DNA from: Octopus vulgaris
Lineage: Eukaryota
Reading direction: 5' to 3'
NCBI GenBank assembly: GCA_951406725.2
Contig: OX597824.1
Coordinates: 22,816,001-22,880,000 of the forward strand
Length of the DNA: 64,000 nt
Below the pieces are notes generated by a model, which made no database searches, was not told where the DNA came from, and saw only the letters and a list, made by a program, of their open reading frames with translations. Positions 40,524-53,335 of the stretch are shown in pieces; the first letter of the stretch is position 1, and each line of letters begins with the position of its first letter. Position numbers and translations under genes: made by a program.

Positions 40524-41273
40524 GTAGTAGTAATAATTATAATAATAACAACCTCGAAAAATACCTTAGGAATGAGAACCCAGGTTCGAAATTCCCCCAA
40601 GAAGTGGAAGGTATATCAGTCAAAACGTTGTGTTAACAACAAACAAGATGAAGACAAATATCGATCAAATGTAAGTAATGTAAATAGTGTATGTAAATAT
40701 TGTGTCTGGGGAGGGTCATTCTCTTTCAGTTCCTTCTTATTTAACACACTCACAGGTAAAGTTTCAACTCGTTTACTTACTTATTTTTCTAAAATTTTCA
40801 TTTTGTCTTGCAACCTTTTCAATAATCATTGACTCTGTCCGTTATCCAAGGACTTCCCTTTGCAAATACTGATAGGGCACAGATAATGCGTCAATAACCA
40901 GCTGGAGGAGATGTCTTTCTGGAGCTACAAGCTACAGTGACATCGACCCTTTAGGGTTAGCAACATTTAGGTGGCAAATATACTTCATGATGTCATGCTG
41001 CTGCTGTTTATATCTTGCTCAGAGATTTATTATTGCTATATATGTATGCATGTATGTATATATAATATATATATACGGGGGTTGGACAAGATAATGGAAA
41101 CACCTGGCATCATAGCATCATAATTTTGAAATATCTATAAAACCGTCAAAAGCTTGTTTAGTTTTATGTCTTTTGATTTATTATTAGCGTTGCTTAATGT
41201 GTTTTGCTAAAATTGCTGTTTCTTTTCAGATATCATCAGAAAAAGTTATTTAAAATTCATTAAAATGACAGAT

Positions 41274-41966
41274 CATGAAGGGAAAGAAAATTAAAAACAT
41301 TTAAAAAAATTTATTTACTGAAATAAGTCAGAAACCATGGCCTAGGAACTAAATTAGATGGTAAATGTTTTTAATTTTCTTTCCCTTCGTGAATTTATTC
41401 CTAATTAATGGTTTGAATTGTTTACTGCTCTTTCTAGCACAAGGCTTTCCTATGATGGAAGCCTCTTACTGTGTTTTAATTTACATGATATTTTTATATG
41501 AATAATATATGGTCTATTGACTAATTTTTTTTGCGCTAGGCCACTGGAAATAAAAAATTTCTATAATTCTTATTACCCTAATATTACTTATCATGTTTAA
41601 ATGATTTTTGATAAATTTATTTGAGGTTTTACCGGCATCCTCTCTGTTGCTGGAAATGAGCCGCGTCTGCACCGTGGATTTGAAAAGTTAGAATATACAG
41701 AGAATGAGTTTACATGCAGAATCAATCTCGTTGTGTGTGTATTTAAAATCTAAAGGCTACCTACTGATGAAGACTGGTCTCAGTAAATTTTTTTACTGAA
41801 ATAAGTCAGAAACCATGGTCTAGGAACTACATTAGATGGTAAATGTGTTTAATTTTCTCTCCCTTCGTGAATTTATCCCTAATTAGTGGTTTGAGTTGTT
41901 TACTGCTCTTTCTAGCACAAGGCCTTCCTGTGATGGAAGCCTCTTAATGTGTTTTAATGTACACGA

Positions 41967-41970
<4 letters not shown>
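41274..41970 (+). mobile_element. ORF-less Penelope-type mini-element with ~180-bp direct repeats, 5' inverted segment and hammerhead
   Basis: 41311-41495 is repeated at 41790-41970; 41274-41303 is the reverse complement of 41362-41391; hammerhead at 41760-41824. Confidence 0.65.
41760..41824 (+). ncRNA. Minimal type-I hammerhead ribozyme motif
   Basis: ccta-CTGATGA-a-gact..cagtaaa-tttt-tttactg..agtc-a-GAAA-ccatgg-TC-tagg; stem I ccta/tagg, palindromic stem III ccatgg, GUC cleavage triplet. Confidence 0.8.
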
Positions 41971-42023
<53 letters not shown>

Positions 42024-42028
42024 GTATG

Positions 42029-42105
<77 letters not shown>

Positions 42106-42110
42106 GTATG

Positions 42111-42157
<47 letters not shown>

Positions 42158-42340
42158 TGGACAAAATAATGGAAACACCTGGCATCATAGCATCATAATT
42201 TTGAAATATCTATAAAACCATCAAAAGCTTGTTTAGTTTTATGTTTTTTTCCTTTATTATTAGTGTTGCTTAATGTGTTTTGCTAAAATTGCTATTTCTT
42301 TTCAGATATCATCAGAAATAGGTAATTAAAATTCATTAAA

Positions 42341-43373
42341 ATGACAGATCTATTTGACTTTCAAAGCGATCAAATTGTTGGTGTTCGTATGGAAGGACCT
42401 AGCATAATGATACAGCCGAAATGTTTGGTGTATCAAGAATTACTGTCTTGAAAGTAATGACAGCCCTTGAGAAAGAGGGAAAAACCTCCTTGTCGAAACA
42501 AAACTCTAGAAGAAAACCAAAACTTTCAGAGAGGGACCATCGGACTCTTACGCAAATTGTTAGAAAATATCACAAAAGTACAGCTCCCAGAATTACTGCA
42601 GAGCTTAATGACCACCTTGAGAACCCAGTTTCCACTGAAACTGTTTGCTGGGAGATGCACAAAGCCAGATTTCATGGGAGGGCGGCAATTAGAAAACCAC
42701 TACTTTCTAAAACAAACGTTACAAAACATTTAGAGTGGAGTAAAAAGCTGCAGAATTGGTCCTTAGAGTAGTGGAAAAATGTTATTTTCCTGGATGGGTC
42801 ATCCTTTAACTTATTTCTGACCACTGGCTGAATATATGTGTGGAGACAAACAAAAGAAGCATTTGACCCAGACTGCCTTCTTCCAACTGTTAAACATGGA
42901 TGAGGATCTGTGATGATCTGGGTGGGGCAATATCTTGGAAATCCGCTGGCCCAGTGGTTTCACTTCATGGCAGAATTAATAGTCAAGACTATTTAAGTAT
43001 TTTATCTGATCAAATTCATCCTATGGTTGCGGAACTGTTTCCGGAGGGAAATGCAATCTTTCAGGATGATAATGCATTAATTCACACAGCTAAAGTTGTT
43101 ACTGAATGGCACGAGGAACATTCTAGTAAAGCTAAACATTCTAACTGGCCACTACAGTCCTCAGATCTCAATATCATTGAACATTTATGGGGCATTTTGG
43201 AAAAACAAGTAAGTAGTCAATATCCTCCACCATCGTCACTACAAGAACTGGAGACTGTTTTAGCTGAAGAATGGACAAAAATTCCTTTGGAAACAATTCA
43301 AACTTTGTACAAGTCCATACTTCTTAGATTTCAAGTTGTAATTACTGCCAAAGGCGGCCCTACTCCATATTAA
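42341..43373 (+). pseudogene. Tc1 transposase, frameshifted with stops
   Basis: HTH (AEMFGVSR.TV), RKPKLSERD.R.L, W..VIF.D.S, PTVKHG, FQDDNA.IH, WP.QS.DLN.IE.LW, GGPTPY*. Confidence 0.9.
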
Positions 43374-43425
43374 AATAAATTTGTTTGAAATTTTAAGGTG
43401 TTTCTATTATTTTGACCAATCCCTG

Positions 43426-43457
<32 letters not shown>

Positions 43458-43476
43458 TACATATACATACATACAT

Positions 43477-43528
<52 letters not shown>

Positions 43529-44232
43529 GTATGTATATGTTATTGTGTCTGGGGAGAGTCATTCTCTTTTAGTGCCTTCTTATTTACCACACACACTCAC
43601 TGGTAAAGTTTCCATTCATTTACTTATATATTTTTCTAAACTTTTCATTGCGTCTTGCAACCTTTTCAATAGTTGTTGACTCTGTCCGTTATCCGAGCTG
43701 CGTTCTTTTTGTTTGTTTGTGCACATATGTATGTGTCAATGTGTGTGTGTGCACATACACATGTATGTATGCATGCATGTATGTATGTATATGTATATCT
43801 GTATATATTGTACATGCAGCACAAATGCATATATATTAGTCAATATACCAACATGTACTCACTGCATTTGTCTGTGTATATAATACATCATAAACACTAA
43901 GTGAGAGAGTGTATATACGTATAAATCTATCTATCTATATATATAAACAAACTTTGACTTAGTTTTCACATACATATATGTAGGTATAAACATATATATA
44001 CAGAAACTTAAGGTTAGTTTACATAAGCTTGTGCCCTATTCTAAAAACACTAACTGTTTCTAGCCAGAGAATTCTATCGTGTAAGAATGTCTTATAGTAG
44101 CCAATGCTTTCAGTTTTAGCTTCAGACAAATTCAAAAGCCATTATCCACTATATTCATTGAGATGTAGGCATTCATTTCAAGGTGTTATATCAAATTATC
44201 AACCTTTTGTATATGTAGTAGAACAGACATGT

Positions 44233-44616
44233 GGAGGCGCAATGGCCCAGTGGTTAGGGCAGCGGAATCGCAGTCATAGAATCGCGGTTTCGATTCCCAG
44301 ACCGGGCGTTGTGAGTGTTTATTGAGCGAAAACACCTAAAAGCTCCACGAGGCTCCGGCAGGGGATGGTGGTGATTCCTGCTGTACTCTTTCACCACAAC
44401 TTTCTCTCACTCTTACTTCCTGTTTCTGTTGTACCTGTACTTCAAAGGGCCGGCCTTGTCACTCTCTGTGTCACGCTGAATATCCCCGAGAACTACGTTA
44501 AGGTTATACGTGTCTGTGGAGTGCTCAGCCACTTACACGTTAATTTCACGAGCAGGCTGTTCCGTTGATTCGGATCAACTGGAACCCTCGTCGTCGTAAC
44601 CGACGGAGTGCTTCCA
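44233..44616 (+). mobile_element. SINE family A
   Basis: Near-identical to 8066-8452; TSD agaacagacat. Confidence 0.9.
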
Positions 44617-45276
44617 TCCAGAACAGACATCAATTCATAAACAAGGTTCAGAATTGTACAAAAAATTTAAAAAAAACAAAATACAGAGACAATAAATATC
44701 AGGGAACAACAGACTAGGTGTCTTAGTTTGACTCTCTGGAAAAATTCAAGAGGCTTTATGTTTTGAGCCTATGCTCTTCTTCAGAAAGGTACAAGGAGAG
44801 AAAACAGATGAGGAGAGGGAAAAATAAACATAACAGAAAGAAGAAAATATGTCTGGATTCAGAGTTGCACATCACTCCAGTTTGATCCTGCTTGACTGAA
44901 CTTCTTCTTCTCTTGAATTCTTATCTTGGACCTTTGTCATCTCTTCTGAACCACTTTACCACTGCTCCATTGGAACTATACATTTCTTAGATTCCACCAT
45001 CATGGATTTTACTGTACACTGTTGTTGATTTATTCATAGACATAATGCCTTGGACATCGTCAATAGTTTAAAATGGACTGTCATGAAATAACAACTAGAA
45101 ATAACAGCTAGAACAGTTGAATGAATCCACCTGGTACTCATTGTTTTAAAGCCTGATGCTTATTCTGTCAGTGTCTTTAGCTAAACCGCTAAGTCATAGT
45201 AACATAAACAAACCAACACCAGACCAGCTGTCAAGTGGTAGTAGTGGAGGACAAATACATACAAAACGACACACAT

Positions 45277-45310
<34 letters not shown>

Positions 45311-45903
45311 GAGCAAAATGCCCCCTGTCCAATGGACGGTGCTGAGTTGTCAAACATTTAAACCAACCAAATTTTCTCAAAACAACTTATCCCACCGTCC
45401 CATAGGCCTCCCCTTTGAGATACACTGATTTAACCTAAATTTGAGATACCAGCAAAAGAAGAAATAAAGATAGACTTTTTTTCTATTCCAAAGAAAAACG
45501 ATTTTATCCAAAAAAAAACTTCATGAGAAGCCAAATAGTCTTTCCTTCCTTCATGCCAGGTTTGAAGAAAATATCTCTTTTGCATCTTACTTTTATGGTC
45601 TCTTAAATATACTGCATTTGGTAGCATTATTTCAAGCCAGCCGGCTTTTTTTGCGTAAACTGCACATACATTTTTCTCATGTACATGTAGTATCAATTGC
45701 AACCGGTGATGTACTTGCACGTACAAATACACGTTCCCACAGCTTTATCGATCACATTCTCACCTGGAATCAATTTTTGTAATTTTTTCAAGACTTATAC
45801 ATGCCCTGAAATTATCGGTATCTATATATGAAATTTGAGTGCAATCGGATGGAGGATGCCTGAGATCCTAGAAGACACACACACCAATGGACAGAACGGA
45901 TTT

Positions 45904-45912
<9 letters not shown>
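45311..45912 (-). mobile_element. Probable non-autonomous Helitron (second family)
   Basis: Minus strand begins tatattatataaaatccgttctgtcc..gtgtgtgtgtc...ccgattgcactcaaatttca (Helitron-like 5' end) and ends with hairpin ccgtccattggacagg near the 3' end; terminal CTAG not intact. Confidence 0.45.
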
Positions 45913-45951
<39 letters not shown>

Positions 45952-46317
45952 GCTTCTTTCAGTTTCCATCTACCTAATCCACTGACAAGGCTTTGGTTGG
46001 TCTGAGGCTACAGTAGAGGACACTCACTCAAGTTGTCTCACAGTGAAACTGAACTCAGAACCATGTGGTTGGAAAGCAATTTTGTTACCATACAGTCATG
46101 TCTATTTGATGGGATTAGAAATTTGAATTTGAAATTAAGGAGACATAAAGAAAAAGATTTGTAGAATTCATATATATTTTTTTTCTTATGAAATTCTGAA
46201 ATTTTTTATAGTTGTTCGTAATCTTGTACAACACTATTTCATTCATTTTAGAAATCAGAAGCATGACATAACCAGTAACAGATGGAAGGGAAGTAACTAC
46301 TGTCTGGGAGTAATTAG

Positions 46318-46883
46318 TGAAGGTATATGGCTCAGTGGTTAAGGTATTCAGCTGACACTCATAAGATCATGAGTTTTATTCCTGGCAGCATGTTGTGTCC
46401 TTCAGCAAGACTTCATATTTCATGTTGCTCCAATCCACTCAGCTAGAAGTACAACAATGAGTTGTACCTGTGATTCAAAGGGCCTGCCTTGTCACCTGTT
46501 GAATTTCCCTGAGAACTATGTTAAAGATATGCATGTCTGAATAGGCAGCGAACTGGCAGAAACGTTAGCACGCCTGGCAAAATGCGTAGTCGTATTTCGT
46601 CTGCCGTTACGTTCTGAGTTCAAATTCTGCTGAGGTCGACTTTGCCTTTCATCCTTTCAGGGTCGATAAATTAAGTACCAGTTACGCACTGGGGTCAATG
46701 TAATTGACTTAATCCATTTGTCTGTCCTTGTTTGTTCTCTCTGTGTTTAGCCCCTTGTGGGTAGTAAAGAAATTGATATGCATGTCTATGGAGTGCTCAG
46801 CCATTTGCATGTAAATTTCATGATCTGGCTTTTCCGTTGATCGGATCAATTAGAACCCTTATCAGCATAACTAATGGAGTGCC
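46318..46883 (+). mobile_element. SINE family H with nested family B copy (46544-46773)
   Basis: Nested copy flanked by TSD gatatgcatgtct (46526-46538/46775-46787). Confidence 0.85.
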
Positions 46884-46986
46884 TGTAGCAGTTACTGTCG
46901 GGAAGAAATTCATAGAATGTGTACCTTTGTTTTTCCTCTTTCAGTTTAGCAGTTTAGGAATTAAGAGAGAAAATTCTTAGCGCTTA

Positions 46987-47041
<55 letters not shown>

Positions 47042-48039
47042 GTTTAACGTCCGTTTTCCATGCTAGCATGGGTTGGACGATTTGACTGAAGTCTGGCGAA
47101 CCAGATGGCTGCACCAGACTCCAATCTGATCTGGCAGAGTTTCTACAGCTGGATGCCCTTCCTAACGCCAACCACTCCGAGAGTGTAGAGAGTGCTTTTA
47201 CGTGCCCCCGGCACGAGGGCCAGTCAGGCAGTACTGGCAATGGCCATGCTCAAATGGTGCTTTTTATGTGCCACCTGTACAGGAGCCAGTCCAGTGGCAC
47301 TGGCAATGATCTTGCTCGAATGTTTTATCATGTGCTACCAGCACAAGTGCCAGTAAGGCGACGCAGGTAATGCTCATGCTTGAATGGTGTTTTTTACATG
47401 CCACCGGCACAGAGGCCAGTTTATTGCTCTGGCAACGATCACGCTCGTATCGCACTCTTAGCGCTCCACTAGCACGGATGCCAGTCATCGAATTTGATTT
47501 CGATTTTGATTTCACTTGCCTCAACAGGTCATCGCAAGCAGAGTTTAGTGTCCAATGAAGGAAAGGTATGCATAAGTGGGCCGGTTACATCCCTGGCATA
47601 GGCCACAAGGTTATGGAAGGTAATAACTGCTTCCAAGGAATTCCACTTTGTCAAATACCCGTCTTATAGCATCCAATAACTTTCAGTTTTAGCAACTGAC
47701 AAATTCACAAGATGGCAAAAGGGACCACCAGAATAAGTACCAGACTTGAAAACCAAAATAAGTGCTGGGGGGGGGTCAGTTTGGTTAACTAAATTTTTCT
47801 TGGTAGTGCTCCAGCATGGCCACAGTCAAAAGACAAAAGAAAGCTGATGTGTCTCTAGGAGATAGAACTTGCAGCATTGTATTTGCAAAATGATAGGGAT
47901 ACGTATACATGTGTATACACAAAGACATACACAACATGCACACACAGACAGCAGAAAACATATGGAATTTATAACACACACACACACACACGTGTAAGTG
48001 TGTGTGTATGTGTTAGTATATTTGATGACAGTGATCTAT

Positions 48040-49260
48040 TTGGTAGTGGTGGTAGTAGTAGTGCTGCTGGTAGAAGTGGTGGTGTTGGTAGCGGTGATAG
48101 TGATAGTGGTACTGGTAGTAGCAGTAGTGGTTGTAGTAGTGGTGATAGTGATAGCTATAGTGGTGGTGGTAGTGGTGGCAATATGAATTGTGGTGTTGGT
48201 AGTGGTGGTAGTTGTGACTGTGATAGTAATAGTGGTGGTGGTGTTTGTGATGTGGTGGTAGTGGTGGCAATATGAATTGTGGTGTTGGTAGTGGTGGTAG
48301 TTGTGACTATGATAGTAATAGTGGTGGTGGTGTTTGTGATGTGGTGGTGGTAGTGGTAGCAATATGATAGTGGTGTTGGTAGTGGTGGTAGTTTTGACTG
48401 TGATAGTAATAGTGGTGGTGGTGTTTGTGATGTGGTGGTGGTAGTGGTAGCAATATGATAGTGGTGTTGGTAGTGGTGGTAGTTTTGACTGTGATAGTAA
48501 TAGTGGTGGTGGTGTTTGTGATGTGGTGGTGGTAGTGGTAGCAATATGATAGTGGTGTTGGTAGTGGTGGTAGTTTTGACTGTGATAGTAATAGTTTTGG
48601 TGGTGTTTGTGATGTGGTGGTGGTAGTGGTAGCAATATGATAGTGGTGTTGGTAGTGGTGGTAGTTTTGACTGTGATAGTAATAGTGGTGGTGGTGTTTG
48701 TGATGTGGTGGTGGTAGTGGTAGCAATATGATAGTGGTGTTGGTAGTGGTGGTAGTTTTGACTGTGATAGTAATAGTGGTGGCAGTGTTTGTGATGTGAC
48801 GGTGGTAGTGGTAGCAATATGATAGTGGTGTTGGTAGTGGTGGTAGTTTTGACTGTGATAGTAATAGTGGTGGCAGTGTTTGTGATGTGACGGTGGTAGT
48901 GGTAGCAATATGATAGTGGTGTTGGTAGTGGTGGTAGTTGTGACTGTGATAGTAATAGTGGTGGCAGTGTTTGTGATGTGATGGTGGTAGTGGTAGCAAT
49001 ATGATAGTGGTGTTGGTAGTGGTGGTAGTTGTGACTGTGATAGTAATAGTGGTGACAGTGTCTGTGATGTGACGGTGGTAGTGGTGGCAATACGATGGTG
49101 GTGTTGGTAGTTGTGACCGTGATAATAATAGTGGTGGTGGTAGTGGTAGTAATATGATGGTGGTGTTGGTAGTGGTGGTAGTTGTGATGGTGACAGCTAT
49201 AGTGGTGGTGGTGGTGGTTTTGTGATGTGATGGTGGTAGTCGTAGTGGTTGTGGTGTGTA
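48040..49260. repeat. 91-bp minisatellite (~11 units) of GGT/AGT/GAT triplets
   Basis: caatatga recurs at 48360, 48451, 48542, 48633, 48724, 48815, 48906 and 48997 (period 91); edges are degenerate. Confidence 0.9.
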
Positions 49261-49834
49261 CGTGCAATGGTTGATGACATTAACAACATCACCACCAATT
49301 CACATTTCGCATGTCCATTTTCCCAACATTTTTTTCCTTACATTTTCTATTTAATTCTTGTTTTATGTTATATCTCCTGTCAGGACAATTAATTCTATAT
49401 AATTTAGTTTCCCAAGCTACAACTGGTGAGAAACTATCATGCAAAAGATAAACATGCAACAAGCTACAAAACATCTGCTGCATCTCCTGTCGTTGTTTGG
49501 GAACCTGATATCCTATTATTTTAAACTGACCTGCATCTGTGCAGCAAGACGCAAATTACCCACCACTGAACTCATTTCAAAGGCTGAAACAATGAAGTTG
49601 TCTCTGTCTCTAACAGAATGCTGCTTCACAAAATTTAGTTACCTTCTTTAGAAGCCACTGCTCAATTCCAGCCAAAATCAACATTGTCTGTTTATAATTC
49701 TGGACTTGTTAAAACAAATACCTGTTATGAACTGGGGTAGACATAATCAACTGTACCGTTCTTGATACAGTTTGTAGTCTTGCACCTATCATTTGTCTTT
49801 GGCTTGTTTCAGTCATTGGATTGCAGCCATACTC

Positions 49835-50217
49835 GGAGGCGCAATGGCCCAGTGGTTAGGGCAGCGGACTCGCAGTCGTAGGATCGCGGTTTCGATTCCC
49901 AGACCGGGCGTTGTGAGTGTTTATTGAGTGAAAACACCTAAAAGTTCCACGAGGCTCCGGCAGGGGATGGTGGTGATCCCTGCTGTACTCTTTCACCACA
50001 ACTTTCTCTCACTCTTACTTCCTGTTTCTGTTGTACCTGTATTTCAAAGGGCCGGCCTTGTCACTCTCTGTGTCACGCTGAATATCCCCGAGAACTACGT
50101 TAAGGGTACACGTGTCTGTGGAGTGCTCAGCCACTTACACGTTAATTTCACGAGCAGGCTGTTCAGTTGATCGGATCAACCGGAACCCTCGTCGTTGTAA
50201 CCGACAGAGTGCTTCCA
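49835..50217 (+). mobile_element. SINE family A inserted in a family C tail
   Basis: TSD tgcagccatact. Confidence 0.9.
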
Positions 50218-50870
50218 ACCATGCAGCCATACTGGGAGTGAGGCGGGGAGGGGAGGATGTCTACGCCTTGAAGGCTTTAGTAAAAAAAAATCAACCCCGG
50301 CACTTGCTTTGTTTTTTAATTCTGGTACTTATTGAAGGTCGTTGCCAGTGCCGCTGGACTGGCTCCTGTGCAGGTGGCACGTAAAAAAGGCCATTTGAGC
50401 ATGGTCGTTGCCAGTACTGCCTGACTGGCCCTTGTGCTTGCAGCATATAAAAGCACCCACTACGCTCTCAGAGTGGATGGTGTAGGAAGGGCATCCAGCT
50501 GTAGAAACTCTGCCAGATCAAGATTGGAGTCTGGTGCAGCCATCTGGTTCGCCAGTCCTCAGTCAAGTTGTCCAACCTATGATAGCATGGAAAGCGGACA
50601 TTAAACGATGATGATGATGATGGTGATGATGTACAAGGATATAAATAAACCAATATCTTATGAATAAATATATTTTTGTAAAGTTTTAGTTAATTTGTTC
50701 AAATACTTTCAGAGATCAGGAGGCCCTTTTTTATATATAAAAAAAAGAGTCTCATGAGACTATATATACAATAGTACTTTGACTTTTGACTGTCCCAACT
50801 GACAAGTTTTTTGAGATACAAGCTGTCTTTCAGCCGATTTTTGCTTTGAGTTGTGAGCTAAATTTTGGCT

Positions 50871-51284
50871 ATAGGTGTAGGAGTGGCTGTGTGGTAAGTA
50901 GATTACTTATGAATCACATGGTTCCGCATTCAGTCCCACTGCATGGCACCTTGGGCAAGTGTCTTCTACTATAGCCTCGGGCAGACCAAGTGAGTGGATT
51001 TGGTAAACGGAAACTGAAAGAAGCCCATCATATATATGTATATATATATATATATGTGTGCGTGTGTGTGTATATTTGTGTGTCTGTGTTTGTCCCGCCA
51101 ACATTGCTTGACAACCAAAGCTGGTGTGTTTACGTCCCGGTGACTTAGCGGTTTGGCAAAAGAGACCGATAGAATAAGTACTAGGCTTGCAAAGAATAAG
51201 TCCTGGGATCAATTTGCTCGACTAAAGGCAGTGCTCCAGCATGGCCACAGTCAAATGACTGAAACAAGTAAAAGAGTAAAAGAG
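50871..51284 (+). mobile_element. SINE family C
   Basis: Full-length. Confidence 0.85.
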
Positions 51285-51562
51285 TTACGTGTCTGTTTCA
51301 GATACCTCAGCACTAGTTGGCGTAGCGAACGCCCCAGTGAATGTTGTAACATCTGCCCAGCATACTGTGTCTCACTCAATAGCTGGAAAGACATGCACAT
51401 TAGCAAGGGAATTATGACATATACTTGACATATACATCGTCAGTGAATTATGAACTAAACGGGTGGTAAAAAGCTTACTTAGTTATAGCAGGTTACAGAA
51501 GCATCACTGTTGTGCTCACAATTGTGCCAGCAGTTACTTTGAAAAACTTTGTTCTTCCAACC

Positions 51563-53335
51563 ATGGGTCCAAAGAAAGTGAGTGTGAAGGACAGCGCTGA
51601 AAAGAAGAAACAGATGTGCATCGAATTAAAGAAAGAAATTATCGTAAAACATGCCCAAGTTGTTTAATGTAGTCAACTTGGCGAAGCAGTATAAGCACAG
51701 CACTTCTACGATCTGCACCGTACTGAAGTAGAAGGAGTCGATAAAGGCTACATCATCCTCATCATCATCATCATCGTTTAGCGTCCGCTTTCCATGCTAG
51801 CATGGGTTGGACGGTTCAACTGGGGTCTGGGAAGCCAGAAGGCTGCACCAGGCCCAGTCTGATCTGGCAATGTTTCTATGGCTGGAAACGCCAACCACTC
51901 CGTGAGTGTAGTGGGTGGTTTTACGTGCCACCGACACAGGTGCCAAACGAGGCTGGCAAATGGCCATGATCGGATGGTGCTTTTTATGTGCCACCGGCAT
52001 GGAGGACAGGCGAGGTTGGCAATGGCCACGATTGGATGGTTCTCTTACGTACCACCAGCACTGGTATCACAGCTGCAATTTCCATTGATGTTGATCGATT
52101 TCGATTTTCAATAGTGTTACAATAGTGTTAAAATAATTTCTAAACAGCTGACATCTATCCACAACTTGTCAAAAGTGCATATAAAGTGTAAGCAGTAATG
52201 TAAAAATGTCTGGGAAGTGAACAGTGTATGAGTCAGATACATGCTTGCGTGTGTACGGAGGGGAGAAAATCAGGTGTAGTGTTGGCGAATCTCAAGAAGC
52301 ATGGAAGTTTTGAAGGATGCAATGCTCCGACAACTAACAACTGATGCTGGCAGTTTGTTCCATATTTCAGTGACTCTTAGCGTGAAAAAATGTTTCCGAA
52401 AGTCATGGGAGCTGTGCTGTTTTCTGACTTTGTAAACATGTCCATGGGTGTTAGACAGGTGGAGTTTGAAAAGGTGCTCAGAGTTATTGTTAGTAAGATG
52501 GTTATTAATTTTATGGGTGTCTGCCAAGTCAGCTGCCAGACGTCGGAGTTTCAATGTGTCCATGCCCAGGGAAGTAAGGCGTTCAGAATATGGAAAATGC
52601 GTGGTGAGACAGCGAGTGTGGATATGAAGGCAGCTGAGATTTACCTCAAACCTTTTGCTGGAATTATATAGCAGCCAAGGGATACATCCTCCAGAAAATT
52701 TTCAACTGTTACAAGACAGGACTTTTTTGGAATAAGATGCCAAGGAGGACTTATATAAAAGCAGAGGAAAAGAGGATGCCAGGCCACAAACCCATGAAGG
52801 ATAGGCTAACCCTCGCATTGTGCGCCAATGCGAGCGGCAACTGTAAGATTAAGCTGCTGCTCATTTATACTCCAGAGCCTTTAAGTCACATAAGATTCTG
52901 AAAGAATAACTGCAGGTTATGTGGAGGGCAAACACGAGGGTGTGGGTCACTGGGCAGTTTTTTGTGGAGTGGGTGAACTTGGTTTTTGGTGTCCTGACGT
53001 TAAGAAATATTTCTTGGAAAATAACCTACCCCTGCAAGCCCTTCTCATCCTGGACAATACACCTGTTCACCCACCTAACCTCGAAGATGACATCCTTGAA
53101 GAGGTTAAGTTTATAAAGGTTCTCTACATTCCACACAATACCACTCTTATCCTGCGGCCCATGGGCCAGCTGGATGATTTCTAATTTCTACTGCTTTGAG
53201 GTGATGGAGAGCACAGACTTCACTCTTTGAGAGTTCTGGAACGACCACTATAACATTGTGATATGCCTCAGAATTATGGCCTGGTATTGTGATACAAAGA
53301 AGACCTTGATCTCTGTGTAGAAGAAACTGTGGCTT
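51563..53335 (+). pseudogene. Tigger/pogo-like transposase relic interrupted by family D and CR1 inserts
   Basis: MGPKKVS...EKKK.M.IELKKEII.KH (CENP-B-type HTH). After 52600: IFNC..TGLFWNKMPRRTYI..EEK.MPGHKPMKDRLTL.LCANASG..K.K.L, MWRAN.R.WV, ALLILDN.P.HP, P.NTT..L.PM.Q. Confidence 0.85.
52130..52597 (-). pseudogene. CR1-like LINE 3' end nested in the Tigger relic
   Basis: MDTLKLRRLAADL..THK...THGH.YK...FRKHFFTLRV..IWNKLP; paralogous to 6434-6812. Confidence 0.85.

Larger units (their letters stand above)
41076..43425 (+). mobile_element. Tc1-like (DD34E) transposon with duplicated left end and nested Penelope-type mini-element
   Basis: Left TIR TA|cgggggttggacaagataatggaaacacct (41076, repeated at ~42156); right TIR aggtgtttctattattttgaccaatccctg|TA. 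Confidence 0.9.
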
